From positions 3,328,001 through 3,392,000 of the forward strand of contig CBDCNP010000002.1 in assembly GCA_965219415.1 (NCBI GenBank): a stretch of DNA of 64,000 nt. Direction: 5' to 3'. A program made the translations under genes and the position numbers. The notes beneath the pieces are model-generated. The model had not been told where the DNA came from, did no database searches, and was given only the letters and a program-made list of their open reading frames with translations. The stretch is from Candidatus Marinacidobacterales bacterium (GTDB lineage: Bacteria > Acidobacteriota > Vicinamibacteria > Marinacidobacterales > DATDRI01). Of the stretch, positions 11,653 through 20,879 are shown piece after piece (the stretch's first letter is position 1; the number at the start of each line of letters is the position of its first letter).

Positions 11653-11990
11653 ATGACGAACGCGCAGGTCGATCTGACGGGGCTCGACGAGCCGGCTCGG
11701 ATCGAGGCCTTTCGTGTGTCGGCCAATCTGTTCTCCACGAGGGTCTCTCTCCGCTCATCGGGCGCGGGTTTTCACCGCAAGAGGACTCTCCGGCCGGTGA
11801 GCCGGTCGCCATCCTCGGCCACGGTTCTTGGGAGCGCCGGTTCGGGGCGGACCGTGGGATCGTCGGCCGACAGATCGTGTTGGACGGAAACCCAACCACC
11901 GTGGTGGGTGTCATGCCGCCCAAGCTCGAACTGGGTTTGTTTCGAGACGTAGAGATCTGGACTCGACTCGCCATGGATGAAACTAGCCGC
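11653..11990 (+). pseudogene. Internal fragment of an ADOP/MacB-like ABC permease
   Basis: Across frames: LTGLDEPARIEAFRVSANLFS...GRGFSPQED...WERRFGAD...LDGNPTTVVGVMP; no proper start or end. Confidence 0.75.
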
Positions 11991-12152
11991 CGTGATAAAC
12001 TCGCCGCTCAAGCTCCATCGAAAGGTTGGGCCGGAGTGTGTTTTGGCTTGCCGGCTATCTCGATTCACGAGGTTCCGACACCGCACTAGCAAGCGGCTTG
12101 GCGCGCTCTTGCTCGATCTCGATAGGGCATGTTTGGGCCCGGAGGTAGGGCC

Positions 12153-13708
12153 GTGGACACGATCGGCAAGTATAGAGTTCTCGCAAAGATCGGCGCAGGC
12201 GCCATGGGGGTGGTTTACAAGGCCCTCGATCCTGGCATCAACCGCATCCTCGCGGTCAAAACCATGTCCGCCGATCTGGCCAGCGAGCCAGAGCTCCGCG
12301 AACGATTCGAGCGTGAGGCCCGGACTGCCGGAAGGCTTTCCCACAAGAACCTGATCACCATTTACGATCTCTTCGAAGAAAAGGGTCGCATCTTCATCGC
12401 CATGGAGTATTTGGACGGCGAAGAGCTCAAATCGAAGATCGCTCGAGCCGAGCCGATATCACTCGAGCGCAAGCTCCGTTGGATGCAGGAGCTCTCGGAA
12501 GGCTCGAGCACGCTCACCAGAAGGAGATCGTCCATCGGGATATCAAGCCCGGCAACATATTCATCACTCGCAGGGACCACGTGAAGATCTTGGATTTCGG
12601 TATCGCTCGCATTGCCTCGTCTGAACTCACGAAGTCCGGGATGGTGATGGGGACGCCCAACTACATGTCTCCCGAGCAAGTAATGGGCAAGCGGGTGGAC
12701 CACCGCTTAGATATTTTCTCTGCGGGCGCGGTTTTGTATGAACTACTCACTTTCCGCAAGCCCTTCACCGGTAAGTCATACCATGACACGTTCACGAACA
12801 TTGTGACGCAGGATCCGGAGCCTCTGCAGCGGGTCGAGCCATCCCTCCCCCGGGAGCTCACGGCCATCGCGGTGCGAGCACTCGCCAAGGACCCGTCCCA
12901 TCGCTATCAAAGAATAAAGCACTTCACGGGGGACCTCCGTCAAATGGCAAAGGCTCTCGACAGCCGCAGACATTACATTCAGCAGGAGACCAGAAAAGTC
13001 GTCGACGGTCTGGATGGATTGCTCCGGGAAAACGAAAAGTGGCTCGAGTCGTTTCCAGCCGCCGGTGCCACGAGAGAATTCGTTAGATGGCTTCGACAAC
13101 GATTGGATGCGGGTCAGAATCCAAACCACGCCCTCGGACTAGATCCTGATCCAGGATACCTCGAGTCCGTGGAGATGCATGCCCGCGCCGTGCGCGCATA
13201 CGAACGTGCCGCCGGTCGCGTTTCACGCGCAAAGGAACGCCTAGCCAATAGTGCGAGCGAGCCGCGGCCAGAGACTCAGGCTGTCGACGGACGTCCTGTA
13301 GAAGAACGCCATATCGCGGAGCTTCTCTCGAAAGCCCATTCCTTTTATCGTAGGGGCGAACTCCGACGAGCTCTCTCGGTCGTGGAAGGTGCGCGGAACC
13401 TGGATCCCCATCACGCCGAGGCGAAGACTCTCTACTCTCGTGTCACCGCCCGCCTGGAGGAGGAACGGATCGAAGAAGGGAGGGCCCGGCAAGCGGCAGA
13501 GCTTTTTCGAACCGCCGCCGCCAAGTTCGATACCGCAGATCTCGCCGCGTGCCTACCCTTGCTCTCAGAGATCTTCCGTTTGCAGCCAGACCACCTGGAA
13601 GCGACCGCTCTCCAGGAAAAGGTTCAACAACGGATTAAGGAAGCCGCGGACCGAAGCCTACGAAAAGGTGACGAAATGGGAAAGCGCGGACCGACCTCGC
13701 CGAAGTAG
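12153..13708 (+). pseudogene. Ser/Thr protein kinase with C-terminal TPRs, frameshifted
   Basis: [34 protein letters not shown]; one base missing near 12503; GGAGG RBS before GTG 12153. Confidence 0.85.
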
Positions 13709-13749
13709 GGCGGTCAATTCAGGGTACCTTGAGCTCTGGAAAAGGATTC

Positions 13750-13778
13750 TTGACTAATCGTTCCAAAATGGCTATAGT
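13750..13778 (+). promoter_or_regulatory. sigma70 promoter overlapped by a probable TetR operator
   Basis: TTGACT-N17-TATAGT; imperfect palindrome TTGACTAATCGTTCCAA over the -35 element. Confidence 0.7.
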
Positions 13779-13799
13779 ACGGGTGCGTCTGAGATAGCG

Positions 13800-14399
13800 A
13801 TGGCGAGGCCGAGGGAGTTCGACCGTGATGAAGTGCTGGATCAGGCCATCGAGGTGTTCTGGCAGCACGGGTACGAGGGGACATCGGTACAAGACCTGGT
13901 CGATTCCATGGGGATCAACCGGGGCAGCCTCTACGGCGCCTTCGGTGACAAGCACGGACTGTTCCTCGCCGCACTGCATCGCTATGAAGAGACTTTCCAC
14001 TCGACGATATCGGAGAGGTTGGCGGAAGGTGGGTCGCCGATGCAAGCCATCCGCCGTGTCTTCGAAGATGTAGTTCGAGAATGCTCGTGCGACGAGGGTC
14101 GAAAGGGCTGTCTGATGACGAACTCAGCGGTGGAACTCGCCGCTCATGACCGCGACACCGCGGCGCTGGTCGCCGCGAATTTCACACGGCTCGAGGAGGC
14201 CTTTGTAAAAGTGCTTCGGCACGCGCAGTCCGATGGGGAGCTCGGCAAAAAGCAAAATCCCAGGGCGCTGGGGCGCTTTCTTACCAGCAGCCTTCAGGGC
14301 CTACGAGTCATGGGGAAGGCGTGCCCGGATCGGGTACTTCTCCGTGACGTGGTACGAGTGACTCTTTCCGTTCTAGAGGAGACCAAAGGAGACAACTAA
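13800..14399 (+). CDS. TetR/AcrR-family regulator (NemR-like)
   Basis: MARPREFD...GYEGTSVQDLV...GSLYGAFGDK HTH; GCLMTNSAVE. Confidence 0.93.
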   Translation: MARPREFDRDEVLDQAIEVFWQHGYEGTSVQDLVDSMGINRGSLYGAFGDKHGLFLAALHRYEETFHSTISERLAEGGSPMQAIRRVFEDVVRECSCDEGRKGCLMTNSAVELAAHDRDTAALVAANFTRLEEAFVKVLRHAQSDGELGKKQNPRALGRFLTSSLQGLRVMGKACPDRVLLRDVVRVTLSVLEETKGDN

Positions 14400-14740
14400 T
14401 GGCAGACGATGCGAAATACGTGACCTTGACCGAGGAGAACTTCAAAGGCGAAGTGCTGGAAAGCGGAAAGCCGGTGCTGGTGGATTTTTGGGCCAGCTGG
14501 TGTGGCCCTTGCCACATGATCGCCCCCGCCATCGAAGAGCTGGCTTCCGAGTTCGATGGGCAGGCTACCATCGGCAAACTGAACGTCGACGAGCAGCCCG
14601 GCGTCGCCGAACAGTACGGGATCCGATCGATTCCGTCCTTGTTGTTCTTCCAGGACGGCAAGGTCGTGGATCAGGTCGTGGGGGCCGCTCCCAAGAAGTC
14701 CCTGGCCGAGAAACTGACCAGCTTGATCCCGGTCGCCTAA
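14399..14740 (+). CDS. trxA: Thioredoxin
   Basis: DFWASWCGPC active site and SIP cis-proline loop. Confidence 0.95.
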   Translation: MADDAKYVTLTEENFKGEVLESGKPVLVDFWASWCGPCHMIAPAIEELASEFDGQATIGKLNVDEQPGVAEQYGIRSIPSLLFFQDGKVVDQVVGAAPKKSLAEKLTSLIPVA

Positions 14741-14760
14741 CAAGGTAATTCAATGCGGGT

Positions 14761-14793
14761 GGGGGGTGACTCCGTTATCCCCCTTTTCGTTTT
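14761..14793 (+). terminator. Intrinsic terminator after trxA
   Basis: Stem GGGGGGTGAC / GTTATCCCCC followed by TTTTCGTTTT. Confidence 0.7.
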
Positions 14794-14835
14794 CCCCCTC
14801 AATCCGTCAAATGACTTGGAGTATGCTGTGGCGCA

Positions 14836-15756
14836 ATGAAAGTAGCCATCTACGGAGCAGGCGGCGTGGGCGGGTACTACGCGGCTCGTCTCGCTCAGGC
14901 GGGTGCGGACGTTCATCTGATTGCGCGGGGCCAGCACCTGCGCGCACTCAAGGAGGTAGGTCTCAGAATTCGCAGCCCTAAGGGAGACGCCGAGCTTCGC
15001 CTCCCTGCCACCGAGAACGCAGAGGATATCGGCCCAGCCGACTATGTCCTGTTCTGCGTCAAGTCGTTCGACACCGAGAAGGCCGCAGCCCGTTTGCCGT
15101 CCCTCCTGAAGAGCAACACCGCGGTAATTTCTCTCCAAAACGGCGTGGACAACGAGGAAAAGATCGGCGCGGCTGTAGGCCTCGATCACGTGATGGGGGG
15201 AGCATCGTTCATCATGGCCACGATCTCCGAGCCGGGCGTCATCGAGCACATCGGGGAGCTATCGCGCATCGTCTTCGGCGAGCTGGATGGAAAACCGAGT
15301 GATCGAGCCGAACGCTGGCTGGCCCTGTGCCACGAGGCAGGAATCGAAGCCGAGCTCTCCTCGGACGTTCGCTCCGTGCTGTGGAACAAGTTCGCTTTCA
15401 TCTGTGCCTTCGCGGGGATGACCGCGACCACGCGCCTTCCGGTTGGCCCGATCCGGGAAGACGAACTTGCAATGAAGCTCGCCAGGGGAATTATGGAAGA
15501 GGTCATTGCCGTGGCTCGAGCGGAAGGCGTCGGCCTTCCAGAAGACGTGGTCGATAAGTTGCACGAACTAGCCATGAAGCTGAACCCGGAGTCCTATTCC
15601 TCCCTCCATTATGATCTGACGCACGGAAAACCGATGGAGCTCGAAGCCCTACATGGCACCGCCCTCCGGTTGGCGAGAAAGCACGGAATCGATACGCCCC
15701 GATGCGAAGTGGTCTACGCAATCTTGAAACCATGGGCGGTGCGCAACCAAGGTTGA
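14836..15756 (+). CDS. panE: Ketopantoate reductase family protein
   Basis: GAGGVG Rossmann motif, VKSFD, LQNG, WNKF and ELEALHG. Confidence 0.88.
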   Translation: MKVAIYGAGGVGGYYAARLAQAGADVHLIARGQHLRALKEVGLRIRSPKGDAELRLPATENAEDIGPADYVLFCVKSFDTEKAAARLPSLLKSNTAVISLQNGVDNEEKIGAAVGLDHVMGGASFIMATISEPGVIEHIGELSRIVFGELDGKPSDRAERWLALCHEAGIEAELSSDVRSVLWNKFAFICAFAGMTATTRLPVGPIREDELAMKLARGIMEEVIAVARAEGVGLPEDVVDKLHELAMKLNPESYSSLHYDLTHGKPMELEALHGTALRLARKHGIDTPRCEVVYAILKPWAVRNQG

Positions 15757-15759
15757 TCG

Positions 15760-16560
15760 GTGACGGTTCGGTTCTTGAGGATCAACTCCTTTGCCGATCA
15801 CCCCTTTTCCGGAAACCCGGCAACGGTTTGCTTCCTCCAAGGACCCGGAAGCGACGGCTGGATGCAGAGGGTAGCCGGGGAAATGAATACCGGCGGAACC
15901 GCTTTCCTGTCCGGAAGCGGCGGTGAGCTCGGCCTCCACTTTTTCACGCCGAAGGTTGAAGTGGAGCTCTCGGGCCACACTACCCTTGCCGCGGCACATG
16001 CCTTGTGGGAAGAAGGGCTCTTACCATCGAACGCCGTGGCGCGATTTCGAACCAAGGCCGGCTCTCTCGGGGCCGAGCGCCGAGGAAGGTGGATCGAGCT
16101 CGATTTTCCAAGCGAGCCGCAGCGGGCAAGCGAATGCCCCGACGATCTCGAAGACGCGCTGGGAATCGCTGCGCTCTACGTCGGCCGGAATCGATTCGAT
16201 TACCTGGTGGAGGTCGACTCCGAGGAAGCGCTGCGCCAGATGGACCCCGATTTTCCGCTACTCGCCACCATCCCCACGCGCGGAGTGATAGTGACTAGCC
16301 CAAGTGGTGAGCGGGACTATGACTTCGTGTCGCGATTCTTCGCGCCCCGCGCCGGTTTGCCGGAAGATCAAGTAACCGGATCGGCACATTGCTGCCTAGG
16401 TCCCTACTGGATGGAGCGGCTCGGTAAGAAGGAGCTTCTCGCCTACCAAGCCTCTCGCCGCGGGGGGACTCTACGGGTCCGGGTCGAGGGAGAACGCGTG
16501 AAGCTCGCCGGTCAGGCGGTAACGATCATGAGAGGGGACTTGTCTATTCCCCCCGAATGA
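15760..16560 (+). CDS. PhzF-family (DAP epimerase-like) protein
   Basis: FSGNPA, FTPKVEVELSGH, SRFFAP, EDQVTGSAHC. Confidence 0.88.
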   Translation: MTVRFLRINSFADHPFSGNPATVCFLQGPGSDGWMQRVAGEMNTGGTAFLSGSGGELGLHFFTPKVEVELSGHTTLAAAHALWEEGLLPSNAVARFRTKAGSLGAERRGRWIELDFPSEPQRASECPDDLEDALGIAALYVGRNRFDYLVEVDSEEALRQMDPDFPLLATIPTRGVIVTSPSGERDYDFVSRFFAPRAGLPEDQVTGSAHCCLGPYWMERLGKKELLAYQASRRGGTLRVRVEGERVKLAGQAVTIMRGDLSIPPE

Positions 16561-16688
16561 CGTCGCCCGGATTCTCCCTTGGCCCTGGGGGATACACTCG
16601 TGTTCTCGGACACTCACTCCGGGAGCTTCGAAGCGGCTTTTCTTTTGAAACCCTTGATATTCCGCGTCTTATGGTCGACCCGGGTATC

Positions 16689-16703
16689 TGGCACGGTTGC
16701 TGC
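16689..16703 (+). promoter_or_regulatory. Candidate sigma54 (-24/-12) promoter
   Basis: TGGCACGGTTGCTGC versus consensus TGGCACG-N4-TTGC. Confidence 0.55.
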
Positions 16704-16936
16704 CAAAACGAGGGACCGAAGGTAGGTCCGGCCCGGGAAGCGGGGGGGATGGCTTACACGGGGGCTCGCCCTCGTTTCCCGGCCGGCCCTTTAACGCTCC
16801 GGTCCTTCATCTTCTGGTCGCACCCAAGCCACGTGGTTGGAAGACCCGACCCAGTCCGGGGCGCCCAAATCGCGTGGTTGATCGCGGCCCCGCTACGACT
16901 TGCCGAGCCGCTTCGGCTCGGCCTAAACTACCTACC

Positions 16937-17977
16937 GTGAGCACGCCAACGCCGTCGATCGACTCCCTCGGTCGACCAATACGCAATTTGAGGCTATCGG
17001 TAACCGACCGATGTAACCTCCGCTGCCAATACTGTATGCCGGAGGCGGAGTACGTCTGGCTCCCCCGAAAAGACCTCCTGACGTTCGAGGAGATAGGCCG
17101 CCTGGTGAACGTCTTCACCGATCTCGGCGTAGGCAAGCTGCGACTCACCGGCGGTGAGCCGCTGCTCAGAAAAGACCTCCCGGTGCTCGTGAGTCTCTTG
17201 ACCCAAAATGCCGATATCAAGGACTTGGCGATCACGACAAACGGCGTGCAACTAGCCGGGCAAGCCCGCGCCCTTTTCGAGGCCGGACTCGGCCGTGTGA
17301 CGGTCAGTCTCGACACCCTCCGCAGCGAGCGTTTCCAGGCCATCAACAAGCGAGATTACCTGGGCAAGGTTCAAGAGGGGATCCGCGCCGTCAAGGATGC
17401 GGGATTCAACGGCTTGAAGATCGACACCGTCGTTATCCGCGGAACAAACGAAGACGAGCTCGCCGACATGATCGAGTACGGCAAAGATGTCGGCGCGGAA
17501 GTACGCTTCATCGAGTACATGGATGTCGGCGGAGCAACCAAGTGGTCCATGGATCAAGTTTTTTCCCGATCCGAAATCCTGCGATCCGTAGAAGAACGGT
17601 ACGGCTCGGTCGAGCGCATGACCGAAGGGCAGGACCCCTCCGCACCTGCGGAAAGGTTTCTCTTATCCGACGGGACAATTTTCGGGATCATCTCGACCAC
17701 GACACAGCCCTTTTGCCAAAGCTGCGACCGAAGTCGGCTCACTGCGGATGGACAATGGTTTCTCTGCCTCTACTCCGAACAGGGCATCGACTTGCGACGG
17801 CCACTCCGGGGGAATGCTTCCGAGGAAGAGCTACGAAACATCATCGAGTCTAACTGGTCAGGGCGGAAGGATCGCGGTGCTGAGGAACGTCTGGGGATCG
17901 CGGCAAGGACTCCTCTCGTCGAAGCGGATGGACTGCGCCAAAACCCCCATTTGGAGATGCATACCCGCGGTGGTTGA
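16937..17977 (+). CDS. moaA: GTP 3',8-cyclase (molybdopterin biosynthesis)
   Basis: TDRCNLRCQYC radical-SAM motif, LTGGEPLLR, FCQSCDRSR...C, C-terminal GG; likely start GTG 16937. Confidence 0.95.
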   Translation: MSTPTPSIDSLGRPIRNLRLSVTDRCNLRCQYCMPEAEYVWLPRKDLLTFEEIGRLVNVFTDLGVGKLRLTGGEPLLRKDLPVLVSLLTQNADIKDLAITTNGVQLAGQARALFEAGLGRVTVSLDTLRSERFQAINKRDYLGKVQEGIRAVKDAGFNGLKIDTVVIRGTNEDELADMIEYGKDVGAEVRFIEYMDVGGATKWSMDQVFSRSEILRSVEERYGSVERMTEGQDPSAPAERFLLSDGTIFGIISTTTQPFCQSCDRSRLTADGQWFLCLYSEQGIDLRRPLRGNASEEELRNIIESNWSGRKDRGAEERLGIAARTPLVEADGLRQNPHLEMHTRGG

Positions 17978-18080
17978 GATGTCCCTAGCCGTTCAGCCCC
18001 AACACCTTCCGAGGATCTCCTTAAACCTGTTAGCTACTTCATACCAGAACCCTTAGCGGTTCCCTATCGTGGCGGTAGTC

Positions 18081-18917
18081 ATGAGTCACCGACCGAGTGG
18101 TTGCGGAATCGGTCTCCGCAAAGAGCATTACGACTTCGTCCTTTCCGAGCGACCATCGATACCTTGGTTCGAGGTCATCTCCGAGAATTTCATGGGAGCG
18201 GGTGGACGTCCGCGACATATTCTCGAACAAGTGCGGCGCGATCACCCGATGGCCATTCACGGCGTTTCTCTCTCGATCGGCACAGCATCGCCGACCGATT
18301 CCATTTACTTGAAACGTCTAAAAGAGCTCATCGATTGGCTCGAACCGGGACTGGTATCCGACCATCTCTGCTGGACCGGTATTGGTGGCCACAACAGCCA
18401 CGACTTGCTGCCGCTTCCGTTCACCCCCGAAACGATACGGAACGTTGCCCGGAACGTTGGCGTGGTTCAGGAAACACTGGGACGCCGGATACTCCTCGAG
18501 AACATCTCCACCTACATCGAGTTCAACCATTCGCAAATGAGCGAATGGGAGTTCACCAGTGCGGTTTTGGAGGAGGCCGACTGCCATCTTCTGCTCGACG
18601 TGAACAACGTCTACGTGAATGCGCGCAATCACGGACTCGACCCCCGCCGTTACCTCGAAGGTATTCCGGAGGACCGTGTCCGGCAGTTTCACATCGCCGG
18701 ACACGAAGACCATGGAGATTTTGTCATCGACACTCATGACCATCCGGTCTGCGACGAAGTTTGGGCATTGTACCGAATGGCCGTAAAACGCTTCGGCCCT
18801 CAGCCAACGCTCGTCGAGCGCGACGCGCATATTCCCGAGTTCTCGGTGTTGCAACGAGAAGCCCAGCAGGCGCAACTCATTTTGGAGACGACCCGTGCCG
18901 TCCCCGCCACTCCCTGA
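18081..18917 (+). CDS. Multinuclear non-heme iron-dependent oxidative enzyme (MNIO, DUF692; BufB-like)
   Basis: GIGLR, EVISENF, HGVSLS, SDHLCW, LENI, LDVNN, HIAGH, DTH and ERD ligands all present. Confidence 0.93.
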   Translation: MSHRPSGCGIGLRKEHYDFVLSERPSIPWFEVISENFMGAGGRPRHILEQVRRDHPMAIHGVSLSIGTASPTDSIYLKRLKELIDWLEPGLVSDHLCWTGIGGHNSHDLLPLPFTPETIRNVARNVGVVQETLGRRILLENISTYIEFNHSQMSEWEFTSAVLEEADCHLLLDVNNVYVNARNHGLDPRRYLEGIPEDRVRQFHIAGHEDHGDFVIDTHDHPVCDEVWALYRMAVKRFGPQPTLVERDAHIPEFSVLQREAQQAQLILETTRAVPATP

Positions 18918-19728
18918 TCGACCTCCTCTACAAGCGCTCCAGGCTGCGATGCTCGGTGAGCTATTGGGCGAGGAGACGTTTGGGCCCGAAGCCCGCGCGC
19001 GCCATCTCCACAAACCTCCGCAGGGAACTCTGGAGGCCCGCTGGCACATCTATGCGTCCGGTTATCTCGCCCGCATCGTCGAAACGTTGGAGCACGACTA
19101 CCCCGCACTCAAACGGGTGCTGGGGAGCGCTCACTTCGAGGCATTGACCGAACGCTACCTCGACGCTCACTCACCACGATCTTTCGACCTTCGGTACGCA
19201 GGGGACCGTCTTGTTCTTTTCTTGGAGCAAGATCCATTGACCCACAAACTCCCCTTCCTACCGGATCTCGCCAAGCTCGAGTGGCACCTTTCGGAAGCAT
19301 TCGTGGTGAGCGATCCCGAGCCTCTTCTCTGGAACGAGCTCCAAGCGATGGCTCCCGAAGCGGTGTCCGAGCTGCCGCTTGACCTGAATCCCGGGACGGC
19401 GGTCATTCGATCGGCCTGGCCGATCATCGATATCCGCAATTTGAAGGACAAGAGCGACGACGAAGTCTCGCTCGAGGTCGAAGGGCGCCCATCGATCGCC
19501 CTCGTTTACCGCTATGGGTTGCAAGCCCGCTGCCGCAATCTCGACGAAGAAGACGCCCAGTTCATCGAAGCGGCGGTCGGTGGCACGAGCCTGGCGGAGA
19601 TCCAAACCGCCCTGGTGGAGGATGGCGAGGACCCGATCGCCGTCCAGAGACTCCTGGAACGCTTTCGTCGGTTAGTCGACGGAGGCCTTTTCTTGAAAGC
19701 TCGGAGGTCGCATGGTGCGGCCTCCTAA
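18895..19728 (+). CDS. MNIO partner protein (DUF2063; BufC/HvfC-like)
   Basis: IYASGYLARIVETLEHDYPAL...F...Y...PDLAKLEW pattern; overlaps the MNIO gene. Confidence 0.88.
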   Translation: MPSPPLPDRPPLQALQAAMLGELLGEETFGPEARARHLHKPPQGTLEARWHIYASGYLARIVETLEHDYPALKRVLGSAHFEALTERYLDAHSPRSFDLRYAGDRLVLFLEQDPLTHKLPFLPDLAKLEWHLSEAFVVSDPEPLLWNELQAMAPEAVSELPLDLNPGTAVIRSAWPIIDIRNLKDKSDDEVSLEVEGRPSIALVYRYGLQARCRNLDEEDAQFIEAAVGGTSLAEIQTALVEDGEDPIAVQRLLERFRRLVDGGLFLKARRSHGAAS

Positions 19729-19745
19729 TTAAGTGGAGGATTCTA

Positions 19746-20024
19746 ATGAAAAAGCCCAGTTCAAGATCCCTTCTGGTCGCCTCTTTGGCCGGTGTTCTGA
19801 CCGTGCCTTTGGCGATGACAACCTTCGGCGGTAACACTTCTGCCCATGAGATCGAGGAAGTCCATTGTTACGGCGTTAACAAATGCAAGGCTACCGGCGA
19901 CTGCGGTGGCAAGGGACATTCCTGCGCCAACCAGAACTCCTGCAAGCGTGAAGGCTACCTTGACATGGACAAGGAGCTCTGCCTGAAGATCGACGGCGGA
20001 CGCTTGACCGCGGAAACAGAGTAA
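19746..20024 (+). CDS. Secreted six-Cys RiPP precursor, bufferin BufA2-like
   Basis: Sec signal peptide, then HCYGVNKCKATGDCGGKGHSCANQNSCKREG...ELCLKIDGG; strong GGAGGA RBS. Confidence 0.85.
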   Translation: MKKPSSRSLLVASLAGVLTVPLAMTTFGGNTSAHEIEEVHCYGVNKCKATGDCGGKGHSCANQNSCKREGYLDMDKELCLKIDGGRLTAETE

Positions 20025-20048
20025 GGCAAGTACAAACTCCATAGGAAA

Positions 20049-20080
20049 AGGCCGGCGAGGCCAGATTTCCTCGCCGGCCT
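20049..20080 (+). other. GC-rich intergenic hairpin after the precursor gene
   Basis: Perfect 12-bp stem AGGCCGGCGAGG / CCTCGCCGGCCT; no U-tract on the + strand. Confidence 0.7.
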
Positions 20081-20100
20081 GTCCACACAGAGGAAAGATA

Positions 20101-20709
20101 ATGAGAATGAATTCCAAATACGTAGTGTCGGCAGCGGCTGCCGTTGTTGCAACTCTGAGCATCGGCGCTCCGATCGCACAAGCCGGGTCGCTAAAGATCG
20201 ATCCGCAACACTCTGCGGTCACCTTCCAGGTGACCCATCTCATGTTCACGAAAGTGGACGGTCAGTTTCGCGAGTTCGAGGGCACTTTCGACCTCGATGA
20301 AGACACCAACACGATCTCGAATGTCGTAGTGACGATTCAGACTGCCAGCATCGACACCAACGTCGAAGGGAGAGACAAGGACCTGCGTAGCAAGCGGTTT
20401 TTCAACGTCGAGAAATATCCCACCCTCACCTTCAAAAGCACCGCTCCTGCCAAACTGAACGGCAAGAAGGGGAAGATAAAAGGCACTCTGACCATGCATG
20501 GTGTGGAGAAAAAGGTCGTCCTCGACGCCGAGCTTCTCGGAAAGGGTAAGGATCCCTGGGGCAATTTGAAATATGGATTCGAAGCCACCACGGTTATCAG
20601 CCGAAAGGAGTTCGGAATGACCTGGAACGAGGCCCTCGAGGCGGGCGGTGTCTTGGTTGGCGACGAAGTGACGGTGAAGATCAACGTGGAAGCCGCACCC
20701 GCTTCTTAA
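20101..20709 (+). CDS. YceI-family periplasmic protein
   Basis: Signal peptide; IDPQHSAVTF, SIDTNVEGRDKDLRS, GTLTMHGV, RKEFGMTWN. Confidence 0.92.
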   Translation: MRMNSKYVVSAAAAVVATLSIGAPIAQAGSLKIDPQHSAVTFQVTHLMFTKVDGQFREFEGTFDLDEDTNTISNVVVTIQTASIDTNVEGRDKDLRSKRFFNVEKYPTLTFKSTAPAKLNGKKGKIKGTLTMHGVEKKVVLDAELLGKGKDPWGNLKYGFEATTVISRKEFGMTWNEALEAGGVLVGDEVTVKINVEAAPAS

Positions 20710-20879
20710 AGACGAATTCGCCCTCAGCCTGATGGGGTGTGCTCTCCCGACGGTCGTCGGGAGGGGTGCCTGGCTAGGTACCTCGCGGCAATCCATATTC
20801 TGGGCGCCATGAGGTGCAAGGCCCTTTTTACTTTTCGCTTTACGATGTGCCCGATGTGGCGCACTCTCCGCTACTTATT

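Noticed and set aside
16715-16930. Moco riboswitch upstream of moaA
   Set aside because: I could not see the characteristic motif features by eye; an Rfam scan is needed
16697-16936. 80-aa N-terminal extension of MoaA in the ORF track
   Set aside because: Low-complexity Pro/Gly/Arg sequence overlapping a promoter motif and hairpins; homology begins near GTG 16937
17000-20024. MoaA as a radical-SAM maturase for the precursor peptide
   Set aside because: It has canonical MoaA motifs including the C-terminal GG and no RRE domain
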